Positions 17,949 through 31,609 of a stretch of 64,000 nt of DNA are shown here, in pieces. Numbering within the stretch: the first letter of the stretch is position 1; every line of letters begins with the position of its first letter. The position numbers and the translations under genes are program-made. The stretch comes from Trichoplax adhaerens. Its lineage: Eukaryota; Animalia; Placozoa. The notes under the pieces are model-generated. The model had not been told where the DNA came from. It worked only from the letters and a program-made list of their open reading frames with translations, and ran no database searches. The stretch is from NCBI RefSeq assembly GCF_000150275.1, contig NW_002060957.1, positions 1,476,445 to 1,540,444 of the forward strand, read 5' to 3'.

Positions 17949-20900
17949 CTATACACTTGGTACATGTTGATGTTGCTGATATTTTGCATGCATGGCATTA
18001 GAAGTTTCATCAGGTGCCATATATGAAAGATCATTATAATTACTCCATGAACCTTGTGAATAGGTCATCAAGTTGGATTGCATCGATTCCCCAGAAGTGG
18101 ATAAAGGACACTCAGAATCAGTAGCGCCTTGAACACTGCCCAACGGCTGTATGCTCTGGCCATATGAAATCGGGCTCTATAAAGAGACAAAGTTGAAAAA
18201 AGATTTAAAGTCTATCTTGCTATTGCTAGATATCTATATTGCAAATATAGCCTCTTGAATTATTCCAATGGTTCAGATACACCAGCAATCTATTCATATA
18301 ATTCCAATACATAGAATATATCAAGAATTAACTCTATTAGGTATTTAGCAAATAGAAGGCGATATCATGGAGGAAACGTTATCACATCAAAAGATATTTC
18401 TTGAAGTTAGCTGAAGTCAGAGTAACAACTATGTAGCTGTAAAGTTAAAACGATTAAACATTTACTGATGAATACTTTTGCAAGGTGATTAGTTATTAAG
18501 GTATAGTACAGTAACTGTTTAGAATGGTTTTATAACCATAACTAATTACTCTTAGTTTTTCAGCCCTTTTCCTCTCAGCAATCGAATACCTAGACTATTG
18601 TGATAATGTATCAATGATTACAAAATATAAATTTAGCGATAATTCTACTGGAATAGGTAGATATTCACTATCCACGAAATTATATAACGGATTTAATCGA
18701 AATAGAATCGATAAACGTATATTTGCTATATTAGCTATTTTGATAGCAGCAATACGGTCCGCTATACAGCAATAATATACTGAGTGCTGTACTGTAGGCA
18801 CAGTATTAACTGCACAGTTTGCAAATACTTTTGGTTCGCTGATGAGAGATATAGTGAGCATAAATGCACAATAAGAAATACTTATGGTATTTTACTTATG
18901 ATATCGAAAACAAAGCAGGTATTTTAATGAAATGTCACAATATATACCACTAGAATCTATTATAATTATTAATTCCCTGTCTTCTATTATGAGCCATTAA
19001 TGTCATGATCATTATGATAAAATTATCTATCAGCAGATACTGACGGTATATTGCAAGATTATTCTTACTACCTCTTCCTCTAGAGCTTGCTCTCCAGCTG
19101 CTTTTATTTTCTTATCTTTACATCTTTTATTTTGAAACCAAACGCGTATAACTCTAGGATTTAGTCCTGTTAATTCTACCAATTTTTCTTTTACTGTTGA
19201 ATCGGGCCTTGGATTACTCGCATAATACGATCTAAGCGTCTGCAATTGCTTCTCATTGAGTACCGTTCGAATTCTTGTTCCTTTCATACCTTTCCGTGAA
19301 GTTAATTGTTTCGATTTGGCATGCGTTGACTGAGACTTGGTATCAGTATCTGAATATTGAAAGTACATAAGGGAATGGTTATTACAATTTGTTTATTGTG
19401 ATATTTTATAGGGCAAAAAGGAAGTAATGGAATTTATGATTGGTCTTCTTTGTCTTAAGCTAAGAAAATTATTATATCATTTATATTTACTTTTATCTAG
19501 GAATGTGCTCGACTAAATTATAGATGATATGGCACAATATGATATTACTTAGTATTATAGCTTCAGTTTCTGTTTTAATACACGACAACTGCTATATCAA
19601 GATTTAAAATCACTTGATGGCAGTATGGGCGTACGCTAAAATATTGCATTACAAGGCCGAGTCGATAACGATTGGGTAGCCGACAGATATGTGTAAAGAA
19701 CTCGACCCTAACGTAGGTAACTCTAATAATTAGGTGCTTAAAACTTATTTTATGTACGAGTAAGAAAATAGTATTGCCCAATATTTTGATTCTTCCGTAT
19801 TAATAATTATCAGCAGTGGTTATAGATAATTGTCACCGTCTGCTTAAAGAGTAATCAAAGAGCTACCTCTATTCTTCTAGTGTTTGATTTTAAATAGATC
19901 TTATCGTTGCTTATAAGAAATTGAAGATGTCAAATTACTAGTCAAATTGAATGAATTAATTATTTTAGGCTTAGATCGTTTGAAAACGTGATAACTGCCA
20001 GTATACGCGCCTTTGATAATAATTATTAGTATTTTTGATTGAGATAAACAGTATTAGCGAGTAATCATGTTGCGAAAGTTACACTATCGCAGTACGTACT
20101 TATAAATGTTGGGAAAATTAGAGCAATACCATTAATTTGTATTATGCCCTACCACTGCCGAGCACTATGATGTACCAAAAAGTAAGTTACTTAATGAAAG
20201 AGAGCCTGAGATCTATATTACGCATACTTTATCGCTTACGAGTTATGATTGAAAATAATGTTCAAATTATTCTCAAAATCGATTAGAAACCAACATTCTA
20301 CAAAGACAAGAAATCAAGAAGGATCAACCTACTAGCTATTCCCCAAGTTTATTATACGCGTAAAGCAATATACGGATACTACCGAGACAATACAAGAACA
20401 ACGTACTAACTATTCCTCCAATTTCATTAGAAATCAACATACTGCCAAGGCTTTCTTAAAGAAGAATAATGTAATCTACTAACTCATTTTCAAGTCTGAT
20501 GCAAATCCGTATACTACAGAAACTCGACAAAAGAATTCCAGTTATTATGTGTATACTAGCTAAAGCAAGATACATTAAGAATAATCTACCAACTCAAGTC
20601 CGCCACAAATCCATAAGTTGTCAAAGATAAATTAAGAAATAATCCACCTACTATTTCTCTAACGTTCCGTTACAAATCCATATAATAATACGGCTGAAAT
20701 AAACAAAAATAATCGGTCCGCTCATACTCAAGTTCGATGCAAATCAATATATTACCAAGACTAAGAAAAATCGAACAACTACCCCTCTAATTTGTTACAA
20801 ATCAACACACCGCCAAGAATGGATAAAAGAAGAAGAATGTACTCACTGTTCCTTAACTCTGTTACAAAAAAAAAAAATGCTACCAAGACTAAAACAAGGA

Positions 20901-23900
20901 TAAAGTAATCGCTATTCTTCAAGTCTGTTACTTATATATATAAATATCAATACATTGCCAAGACCCCATAAAATAAGAATAATGTGCTCAGTATTCTTCA
21001 AGTCCGTATGCCAATCAATATACTGCCAAGACTTGATAAAACAAGAATAAGCTGCCCACTGTTTCTCAGGCCTGTTGCAATTCAACATTCAACCAGGATA
21101 AAAATAAAACCGGAAGAATGTACTCACTATTCTTCAAGTTCGTTACAAATCAACATACTACCAAGACTAGATAACTGTCAGGCAATTGTCAAATCTATTA
21201 TTATTATATGTAATTAATTACTACCAAGACTACATAAAACAAGGTAAATGCACTCACTATTCTTCTATTCCGTTGCAATTCAACAATACAGTACTACAGT
21301 TTCAAGGCTAGATAACATAAATAACGTATTAATCAATTGTCAAGTCTGTACAGATCAATCAACTACCAAGATCAATGTAGACAAATGTATCCACTATTTT
21401 TCATTATCTATCAACACATCTTCAAAATTAGACAATGCAAGTATAATCTACTAAATTATATCCTCTAATCTATTACAGACCAACATAATGCCAAAATAAA
21501 ATAATGGATGAATAATCTACCCACTATTCCTCGATTCCATTGCAAATCAACATACTATCACGATTCGATAAAAGGAGTAGAGTATATTAATTCAACCGGC
21601 TACTTGTCAAGTCGGTTGGAAATTGATATACAGTTACACCAGACTAAAAATAATCTCACGACCATTCCTCCAATTTATTTGCGAATCAATACACTATCAA
21701 GAGCGGATAAAGCAAGAATAATCTATCCACCGTTCCTCAAGTCTGTTACAAATCAATATATTGCCGAAATTCGATAACACAAGAATAATCTATCCACTGT
21801 TCCTCACGTCCGTTACAAATCAACATACTACCAAGACTAAATAAAACAAGTATAATGTACTCACTATTCTTCAAATCCGTTACAAATCAACAATACTGTC
21901 AAGACTAGATAACATAAGAATAATCTATCAACCAATTGTCAAGTCTGCTACAAATCAATCTACTACCACGATAAGATTAATGCAGAAGAATATATCTATC
22001 CACTCTTCCTCAACCTTCATTATCCATCACTACCCTATCAAGACTAGACATAATAAGCAAAATCGACCAACTTATTTTCTCTAGTTCGTTACAAATCAAT
22101 ACATTAAAAAGACTCGAAAATACATAGATAACATGTAGAAGTAATGATGCAAATAAAAGCCCGACTATTATCTTTGCTTATTGTCTAGGGCAATCAATAT
22201 CGCTCAACAATAAAATTGATATGGAAAAAGTTATCGATACCGCAATCTATTGTCAACTTATCCAACAATGGAATAACGAATAAGGTTATTGTCATGTTAA
22301 GTAATAAATTCCTCTATCACTAAATGCCAACGACAAACTATCTTATCTAAAGTTTCCTTGCTTTGATCTTGAGTAGGAAATAAGATAAAAACTTGGTTCG
22401 TCAACTAGCCCTGCGTTGGATGATGTAACAACGCAGTGGATCAAGAGCAAGCTGCCGGCTGTAGACTTGAAAAAGGTAGCAGGAAGATGTTTTGATCCTA
22501 TTTGTACAGTATGAAGGGATCAACCTGGGTAGAATCAAACTGTTTGCTATTGCTATCCAATTGAGAATCATGTCGAAATGCCGCGTAATTGCTCAACAGT
22601 AATGAACGTTTCGATAGTAATAGATTAAATGCAGTAGGTAAGTTGATCTATGAGTCGATAGCATTGCTCTAGTCTACTTCCTAGTGGGCTATTCTGAAGA
22701 TAGCACTACTATGATGAGTCTTAATGATGAAAATTGCAGCAATCGTTCGAACTGCTTTGTAGTTAGGCTGGATAGAATGTTATTTTCAGCCTACTGCCCA
22801 CAAAATACACAATCTTCATCATTATCGTGTTGCTGTAAGGGCCAATCTTGCTATCAAGATCAATAATACGCGTAGATCACTGTTAACCAACCAGCTATTG
22901 AGTGTGATTTACCCGTAAAGTATGCAAAGTAGACCTGATTGCAAAGTCCATCGCTACTCTTTCAGTTCGATGAAATAAGCTTTCGAATACAGTATCGCTA
23001 AAGCCATGACGATGAGTTAATGATTCTCATCATTTGGATAAAATACGGGTTCTACTTGCAATAAATTATTACTGTAGTCGCTAATGACGAAAGGTATCAC
23101 GATAGTCCAAGACCATCATCATTTCCACAAATACGGATTGTATTTGCAATGGATTCTTACGAGCGATATGATGATGATGGTCATGGTCATTTCCACCAAC
23201 TACGGGTTTCATCGGCAATAAACTATCAATAAAGGCATTACGAAGATCAATCATTGCCACCCGATGCGACTTCTGTCTACAATGGACTATCGCCAAAGGC
23301 ATCACGATGGCACTTTATTCAAGATGATTGCTAATCGGCTATGATAAACAGCATTACCCTAGTCTTTTAACATTGATTATTTTACTCCAACATTTTATCC
23401 CGGGTGGCAAGCTAATCTGTTCCCCTCCCAGAATGGAAGTTAGCTCTACTTAGCAGGATCACCGTATTGGTGACCAAAATGGATGGTCATGATCACGTAT
23501 AAATAATTCATGGAATGATCGAGATCCATGTTGTAAAATGGCAATTTTGCCTATCCTTTTCATGAACGGAAACGCAAGACGATTAACATTCTATTACTTT
23601 CAGTTTCTAACTAGCGTCATAGATGGTAATATATCTCGACAGTTACGGATCGTAAACGTGTCATCGATCACCGTTTGGGATGGAAAGGGAAGACTCTTGC
23701 TACTCCGTGGATAAAGTAAAAGTTTACACTCCATGGATAAAAAGTCAATTCATGAATTGGTATTTTAATCTATTTTAATCTATTTTAATCGCCAGGATCA
23801 ATATTATTCTTACAAGATTATTATAATGGCTGATTTCCTTGCAAATCAATAAAATCAATAGCTGAAAGAAATGTGATGAATAGCAGTCGTTAAAAACAAC

Positions 23901-26715
23901 TTACCCTCAGGACTATCGGAATTTTGCCAATCGCTGTCCGCCATCGTTGATTGCAAGGTATCATGATTGCTACTACTACTCATTTTATTTAAGTAATGCT
24001 CTTTACAATATAAAATGTAAGTGTCGACGCCATATCGATCACCAGGAATTAGCTTGCGCATACAGCTATGACATCGGAAGCAATCGATATGGTAAGGATT
24101 GCCTTTGGCTCTCATGATAAATTCACTTGGTTCAAATATTCGGTTACACTTTGTACAACGATTATGGAATAACCTAGAATGAAACAGGTGAGGCAAAAAA
24201 AAAAACATCAGATTGAAACTTGGACCAGAAAGCTCGGCTATTGTCAAATGTCGTTCAAGGAATCCAAATCAAGAATAAAATGGCTGTGTGTGTTTTGATA
24301 GAAATCAACGTCAAACGAAACCGTCTTTGGATAAGGGTTTTCTATCTTGTCGCCATTGCAAACAGAAAAACGAAACGGATAAACTCAAAGAAGAGAGAGA
24401 CAACATAGCAAGTAAAATAATAGCAAAGCGTCACAACAAGCCATATCCGCGGTAAAATGGGCCACAAGCATTAATAAGACTCCCCTAATTGTCTTGGTTA
24501 TTGGATCCAAGTCCATTTAAATTGTCGAACCGGTGGAAAAAGTGGACAATGTATTGAATAATAATTGTTGCAAATAAAAGAAACGATTGTCGAAGTATAC
24601 AGTAACCAATACGTTGACAATAATCATTGACAACGATGAGCATCGTCAATTTTTTAAAACATGGTGGATGATGATTGAAATCGGCGTTAGCGACCACCTT
24701 TATCTTGAAAAGATATTTTACGTACTCATGGCCATTAAATCTAGCCATTTCCTATGATATATGCAGAAATGCTGAGCCGAGGGAGAAAAGAAATTGTATT
24801 TCCGTTAACAGGGATATCAGTAGGACGATAGTGTTAGCTAAATGGAGTTACTGATTGCCTCAAGATGTTGACTACCTATGTACCGGATATTATGGTGATT
24901 GTATCCGATTTTTCAACGATTCCATTTCTCACTTTCATTCAATACTATCAACAGAATGGCTACCAAAATAAAAGAGTATCATTATCATGGCCTTGGGTAG
25001 ACAAAATAAGATCATTATTTACGCAATGGAACAGATATGTTGCCTATACGTAATCATTCTACATCCAATGGGTCACACAGCAATAGTCAAAATAAACGGG
25101 AGGAAAAAAATTTCAATACAAGTGAAGTAATTAACTCAAAATTGAATTCTATCTTGATCGCTGCTAGCTTTCAATACAAGGAAAATAATGCATGGCAATG
25201 GATGTAGACGGATTGATTAGGAGAAGGAGGACTATTTTTTTCGGTCAAATAGAGGACAATTTAAGATTTGTTATCGGTTGAGAAAAAAATGGATTACCAA
25301 CATTTAAAAGTGAAACATGTCAAAAAAAGACAATAAGGATAACGAATCATTGGCAGCATTTTGCTGTCACTTATGAACAGGAAATGGATATGGAAAATGG
25401 CGTGAGAGAAAGCAATATTAAAATTCGTTTTAGTGTGACCGACATAATACCGAAGGCGTTAACTTTATAGTGTCATGAAAATAAAGTATTTGCAGTAATG
25501 ATTATGACTGAAAGTTCTTTCAATACATGCCAATAAGACTATAAACACAAGCTGGATAGAAAAAAAATTCAGACACAGACATCCACGCACACATCAAAAA
25601 TTCAAAGGCAAAAAAAAGCCTCAACAAACTGGAGAATGCAACACTATCACCATGGATTCTACGCTTCTTCATGACTTTCCATGGGGCAAGTGATGGAATC
25701 AACTCAATTCAGCATTTTGTTGTAAAAATTTTTTTTTTTACCCTATTTGACAGCCGACTAGATACCCCATAGAGCTGTGCAAAACGATCAAGACATGTCG
25801 GCTATTATTCCAACTTACATTTTAAAATCTGACTTGCAGTAAGGTTTGCCATTTCGTAGGAAACATGTTTCTTTTTCATCTAACAGTTGCTGGCACGAAG
25901 CGCATTTTAAGCAAGCTGCATGATATTGCATATCAGGTGCAACCTGCAAGATGTAGCGATCGTTGATCTTGCCACCACAACCAGAGCAAAAAGGTAATTG
26001 ATCTGGGCATTCAAAAAAAGAAATCAAAATGAGCATAGATATAGGATTGCATGTTAAAGTTGTAGGCTAAAGGAAAGAGTTAAAATAGTATGATGGAGAT
26101 GTGGCATAATGGAATAGACTAGTTGATTGGTGATGAAGAGTGTACATTTGCTAGGATAACATGGGTGTCCAAGGATGGCATAAAAGACATGAAAATCTTC
26201 ATGCCTTTTTGCCATCCCTTGAATGAAATTGGTAATCGTACATTAGGATAAATTGGTCAACTACAGCCACAGGATGGTGCCTAAAGTATCTTTCAACTTC
26301 TTTCCAAGATAAAAGCAAAACAACCGCAATAGCCATGTCCAATTGAAAACAATCGTCAAGCATCGGACAAGTGGACATGGCCTAGATGAAGACGAAGGTT
26401 ATCGAGCCAAGAAGATATAGGCTGTTATAGCCATCCATGATCAAAATGGATGTTATCGACGGCGATCGCTCTGGATTGTTTGGTAACGAAAATGAATCAA
26501 CTACAGCGTTATTGCAGTTAACAGATGGAATGAAATAAGGCAGCATAGAATTGAAAAGACGATCAACCATTTGTACGGCTGTCCTATCAACGGATGGAGA
26601 AACATTCATTCTCCATCTCTTGCAATTACTGTAACTGACGAATCAAGGCAGAAAAGATCAATATGAAATTCCAATGTTACATACTTTTGCTCTTGTGTGG
26701 AGCTTGCGTCTCCAT
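17949..26715 (-). CDS. ISL: Islet-class LIM-homeobox transcription factor; exons 26715-26685, 26002-25819, 24173-23905, 19349-~19072, 18176-17949
   Basis: Phase-consistent GT-AG model. [10 protein letters not shown]|[34 protein letters not shown] (LIM1); RCTKC...[17 protein letters not shown] (LIM2); homeodomain [26 protein letters not shown]...[17 protein letters not shown], diagnostic of Islet. Confidence 0.96.
20300..22115. repeat. Degenerate ~65-67 bp minisatellite (~25+ copies) in Islet intron 3
   Basis: Approximate consensus gttacaaatcaacatactaccaagactagataaaacaagaataatctatccactattcctcaagtct; anchors at ~21746, 21812, 21879, 21949. Confidence 0.9.
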
Positions 26716-27239
26716 GTATGAAAGAGTGTCGTAAAGGAGGATTTACCGCAAGTAGATAGGAAAAAAAATGAGCTAGTGTGATGCCATGATAGTTTACTTA
26801 ATATTCCACGTGATGCTTGCCATTGGACTTGATTCGATCTCTCGCCTACAATCTATTTTCATCAGAATTACTTGCATTGAATACGAGAGGAAGATGATTG
26901 CAGGTGGTCCAACCTCCTTATACATTGTTTTCTCCATTGGAGACATACACTTTTATTCAAGACAACAGCAAAACAAATAAAAGCCCACACCGATGTGAGA
27001 CAAGCACCAAAGGCTTGTATTCTCTTCCATCAAGGCATCCAATAGCCAACATGGCCTACAAGTGTGGACAGCAAGAGAGGCCATGCTGATCAAGACAAAA
27101 CATTGCAATCTTCTCATTCATGCCAATGACAACTTGAATTCCAAATGCATTGATCAATGCCTTGCTACATACAACACTAAATACTGGCAAAGCCATCGTA
27201 AACCTGTCTAGGCAATTTGGCGACTGCATTGTCGTTCAC

Positions 27240-28260
27240 AGTATCTTGATCGTGACGGTTAAAAACAAAATGTTGAGACCTATTCTTACTGTAGACTCCA
27301 ACCGTCTTGTTCATTTCCTTAACTGTTGACCTTGTCGTACTGGTATGGACCAAGTGAGACTAACTTACTCGTTTCCAGTTGGCAACAACAGGCAATGATG
27401 GCGATGTTCGGCTTGGCTGAAGACTGAATCTATCCTATCCCTAACGCTCATCATGTCGTGTTGCTATTTTCCAACCGAGATGACTTGACTTCCTGTATTT
27501 GGAGTGCTGTGGGTACTCACTTGAACTGCCTTGCTCTTTCCCTTAACGTTGATCATCTTGTGTTATTATTGACCAACCGAGACGACTTGACTTATTGGGA
27601 GTGGTGTTGGTAGTAAAAACACAAGAAGAGGACCATGCTAGGATTAGATGTAGACTAGATCTGTCTTGCTCTTTTTCCTTTGATTATGTCGTATTGATAC
27701 TCGTATCTTCCGACCGAGACAACCAGACTCATTTCGGGTAGCGTTAGCAATAATAGGAGAGTTGGCCAGGTCGTGTTGATATTTCCAAGTGAGGCTCTAG
27801 ATTTATTTTTACATTGCCGTTGGCAATAACGGGAAAATTCTCCTTACGTTGATGATATCGTGTGGTGATATTTTCCTATCAAGACTCTTGAATTTGTTTC
27901 CAGTGCAGTTGTTGGCAATAACAGGAGAGTTGCCTATGCTCGATCAAACTATGTGTTCATATTTTCCAACCGAGACGACTCGACTTGTTTCCTATAGAGT
28001 TAAAAGCACAAGGAGAGAATGACTACGATAGGATTACCTAGCATTGATCATGTTATGTGACTTTTTTTCGACCAAGACCACTTGATTTGTTTCAAGTGGA
28101 GTTGTCAGTCAAAGGAGAAGAAGAACATGGTAGGGTTACGTTTACACTCAGATCTGTCTTTCTCCTTTTCCCTAATAACATGGATCCTGTTGTATGCAAG
28201 TTTTCAACCGAAACTATTTGACTGACGAATTTGAGTGAAATTGAAAATAGAAGGAGAGAA
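27240..28260. repeat. Degenerate tandem repeat (~100-140 bp) immediately upstream of Islet
   Basis: Recurring 'ttttccaaccgagacgacttgactt' and 'gttggcaataacaggagag'. Confidence 0.75.
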
Positions 28261-29149
28261 TAAACATATAAGGGGTTAGGCCGTTAGAGACTGGCATCGC
28301 TACGCTATCATAGCGAGTGGGCACTGCTTAGTCAATCCAAGCGGCGATTGCCAAAATGAAACTTTCCATCGTCATGAATGAAATGGCAGATATAAAAAAA
28401 TTGAGAAATTAAACTGAAATGCTGTACTCATAATAATCGAGGATAGGTATTCTTCATTTCTTTCCTATCGTAGAACGACATTGAAATGAGATTGCAATGA
28501 CAGCAATGGAGGAGACGTTAACCGTCCTCGTGGTCATCGTTATCATGGAGCCTGGATAGTAGATGGATTCATACACTCATCCATTCTAACTATCCTTCTT
28601 GCTTTAAGATAGTGTCAAGACGTTGTCTAAAATGCATATTATTGACATGGGCAAGATGGCGGGATTGCATGCCAAATCAATAAAATCATCCATTCAATAC
28701 AATTCTCGCTTGATTCAGTAAATTATTGCTCTCACGATTTCTTGTGCTCATCAAAAGGATGCAGGAGGGGGAGGGATGAATTAATCGGACATTGGATAAA
28801 AACAACAATAGGTGAGAGACAATCAATAACGGCTTTACTTAATCCGTTAGTCTTGCATTTCTTTCCATTAAAAAAAGAAAGACAAGAGCAAGAGAGACTC
28901 CCTTCTAATGCAAGCTCATTCATCTACTGTCCAAACGATGATTTGTGACTGTCAATACGTTGCAGACAAGGTGAAAAAAAAATCGACAAGCACGTCTGCT
29001 AATGCCTTGAATAGGCACCATCAATAGGTTATGATTCAGAGTTTTCCATTTGGAGCTTCTACATTATATTATATTGTTTTTATTTCCAGTCGAGCCCCAT
29101 TGAAATATTGACTCAAGGTTAGGGTTACAAATGGAAGGAGATTACAATC

Positions 29150-29445
29150 AAGAATCCCACTCTATTATGGTAGAAAAATAGAGTCATAGCAGTCAAGGAA
29201 AAATCGTATTCGAATACGGTAGAAAAGTACAGTAAGAGTCAAGATTGAATCAAATTCAATTGTGGTAGAAAAATGGAGTAATACGGTAGAAGTGAGCGAA
29301 GAATGCTATTCTATTGTGGGTAGAAAAAGGGAGTAAGAGTCGAAAAAAAGTGTCTAATTTCAAGTTTGTAAAAAAATGAAGTAAGGAGAGTCAACAAAGT
29401 ATCGTATTCTATTGTGGTAGTAAAGTGGAGCAAGAGTCAACTAAA
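29150..29445. repeat. Short degenerate tandem repeat (~45-55 bp)
   Basis: Recurring 'attctattgtggtagaaaaatggagtaagagtcaa'. Confidence 0.75.
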
Positions 29446-30059
29446 TGCCTTCTCCTTCACCATGAGGTAGCTGGTATTATAGAAAAATAAAATACAGATG
29501 CTAGTTTCTATCAGCACTGTCCTGCCACATTGAAAGATCTAACGAAGTGGACACCGCAAGATCAATCTGCTGTATAGCCCAATCTGTCTACAGCATAAGA
29601 TGGCCATTATGAGTAAACATGTAGAGCCATTTTTAGCAAAGTGAACATTCTAAAATACGATGCGGTGGGTCGAGAGTACTGACTGATGTAGAATAAAATC
29701 AAACGCAAGCACTGCATAGTAAAAATATCAACCTAAGCGAGGCACTCCAACATATATAGTCTATCCTTAATACTGGCTTCTACTTTTAGAGTAAACTGCA
29801 TCTATAGTACATACAAGAAAACACTACAGCTATCGTGCAACCGAAAGAGAGAATTGACCAATACTGTAGTCATGGATTCGAATCGATGCAGTCTAGCCTT
29901 GTAAACTAGTTTCTCCCGTTCTAGTCAAGTGCAGCTCTAGTAAACGAAATATTCAAAACGGAGTACGATCGATTGACAATCTACTAAAAATCATATATTC
30001 GAATCTAAGCGGTTTACCCCTATCAATTAATGTCCTGTTTTAAAGCTCGTTGAGTAAAG

Positions 30060-30630
30060 TCCAGCTATGGCACCATAATATACCAACAATAAGGTGGTGC
30101 AGTTAGTGGCCACCATTGACAAAGGCCATCTACTCAAATCGAAACTTTCTATCCGTCTAAACTAACTCCTACTTTTATAGTCAGAAGCAACTGTAATATA
30201 ATTTACCTGTATATTCAAAATAGGTTGCAACCGATTCAGAACCTGGCTATCTACTAGGATGGAAGCATTCTATCCGATTATGTACAGTAAAACACTTTCC
30301 ACTTTTAAACTAAAGCTCAAATTGAGATCAACGCCATGTTCTCCAATTGAAAACATTCTACGTGTCTCATAATAATTGCTACTTTTAGAGTTATGTGCAA
30401 CTCTAATACACTATTCGTACACTCAAAATAGATTGCAACCGATTGAGAACCTGGCTCGATAATATTTACTCAAATGGAAGCATTCTATCCGTCTAGAATG
30501 GCTTCTACTTCTAGAGTAGGTATAGCTCTCATACAATATGTTCATACGCGCAAGTAGATTAAATTTTAAGTTGCAACCGATTAAGAACCTTAGCCAAGGT
30601 CATCTACTCGAATCCAAACTTTCTACCGCA
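30060..30630. repeat. Degenerate tandem repeat (~110-200 bp)
   Basis: Recurring 'ttgcaaccgattgagaacctggct' and 'ctactcaaatggaagcattctatccg...ctacttttaga'. Confidence 0.7.
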
Positions 30631-31609
30631 ATTAAAAGTCATATTATTATAGAAAGTTCAGCAGACGCAATTCAGCATCCTAGTACGATATGTTGAGAAC
30701 ATTGGTTAAGACTATATGAGTATACTGTAGAATCAGTCAGAGTCAACTAGACTGTCATTATATTGTATAGGAAGAAAGTCAAATCCTGCTAAACACTCAA
30801 AACACGATACAATATATGAAATAAGGAGAAAAATTTCCTTTTATTGATTTTAACCTTACCAAAGCATGTATCTGGCCCCTCTACGTACGCCTGGACCCTT
30901 CTCTTATAAAACTTTATCTTAACTTAGAACGATAATTAATTTTAATGGAACGATTGACATTTAAACTATTTTAACTACTGTAATTAACAAAAACAGTGTT
31001 GCAAAAGAGTTACGAGTGATCGAGATAATCTATTTCTTCAGTAGGAAAAAAAATCTCTTCCAACTGAATTGCCAGCTCTGAACGAGTGTGATCCAACGCA
31101 ACTCCTTACATCGATTCGATAATTACTAGCAACTCATTATTCACAAGCAGTTTACAATTTTTCAATATTGTCTACGCTGTTGTAAGACTATCATGCTATC
31201 AGTCAGACACTAAACGCAAAACAAATACTATATCAATGTCTATTCCGGGTAATTTTCTTCATCAATAGGGAATCATGATCCTTTGTGGTCTCAGTACGTG
31301 CAGCACTCACTATAAAGCATCAACATCCATAGGCCATATTAAGCTTACTGGGCGAGTATTCTATTTTAAATAGTTCCATCAACTCATTTACTTTATCTAA
31401 AGTTTGAAAAAGTTGAAAAGTCAATTAGAATAATGTCACAGCATGCATCCTATTCTATGTTCGGCCTGAAAGCACAGCTAGGCGACTTAAAGCCACAGGA
31501 CACTCTTTCCGCTTTTATTACCTTCATCGTTGAAAGCAATTTCAGTTAGAGTACCCGCCGAGCCCATTGAGCCTTGTAAAACTGTAGTTATGAGCACAAG
31601 GCTTCTCTT

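Noticed and set aside
20300-22115. CRISPR-like periodicity (~66 bp)
   Set aside because: Whole units are homologous and degenerate, with no unique spacers and no cas genes, in a eukaryotic intron.
29117-29127. GGTTAGGGTTA, an 11-nt telomeric / telomerase-template-like match
   Set aside because: One 11-mer is not surprising in 64 kb and it is not an array; I could not identify pseudoknot or H/ACA context.
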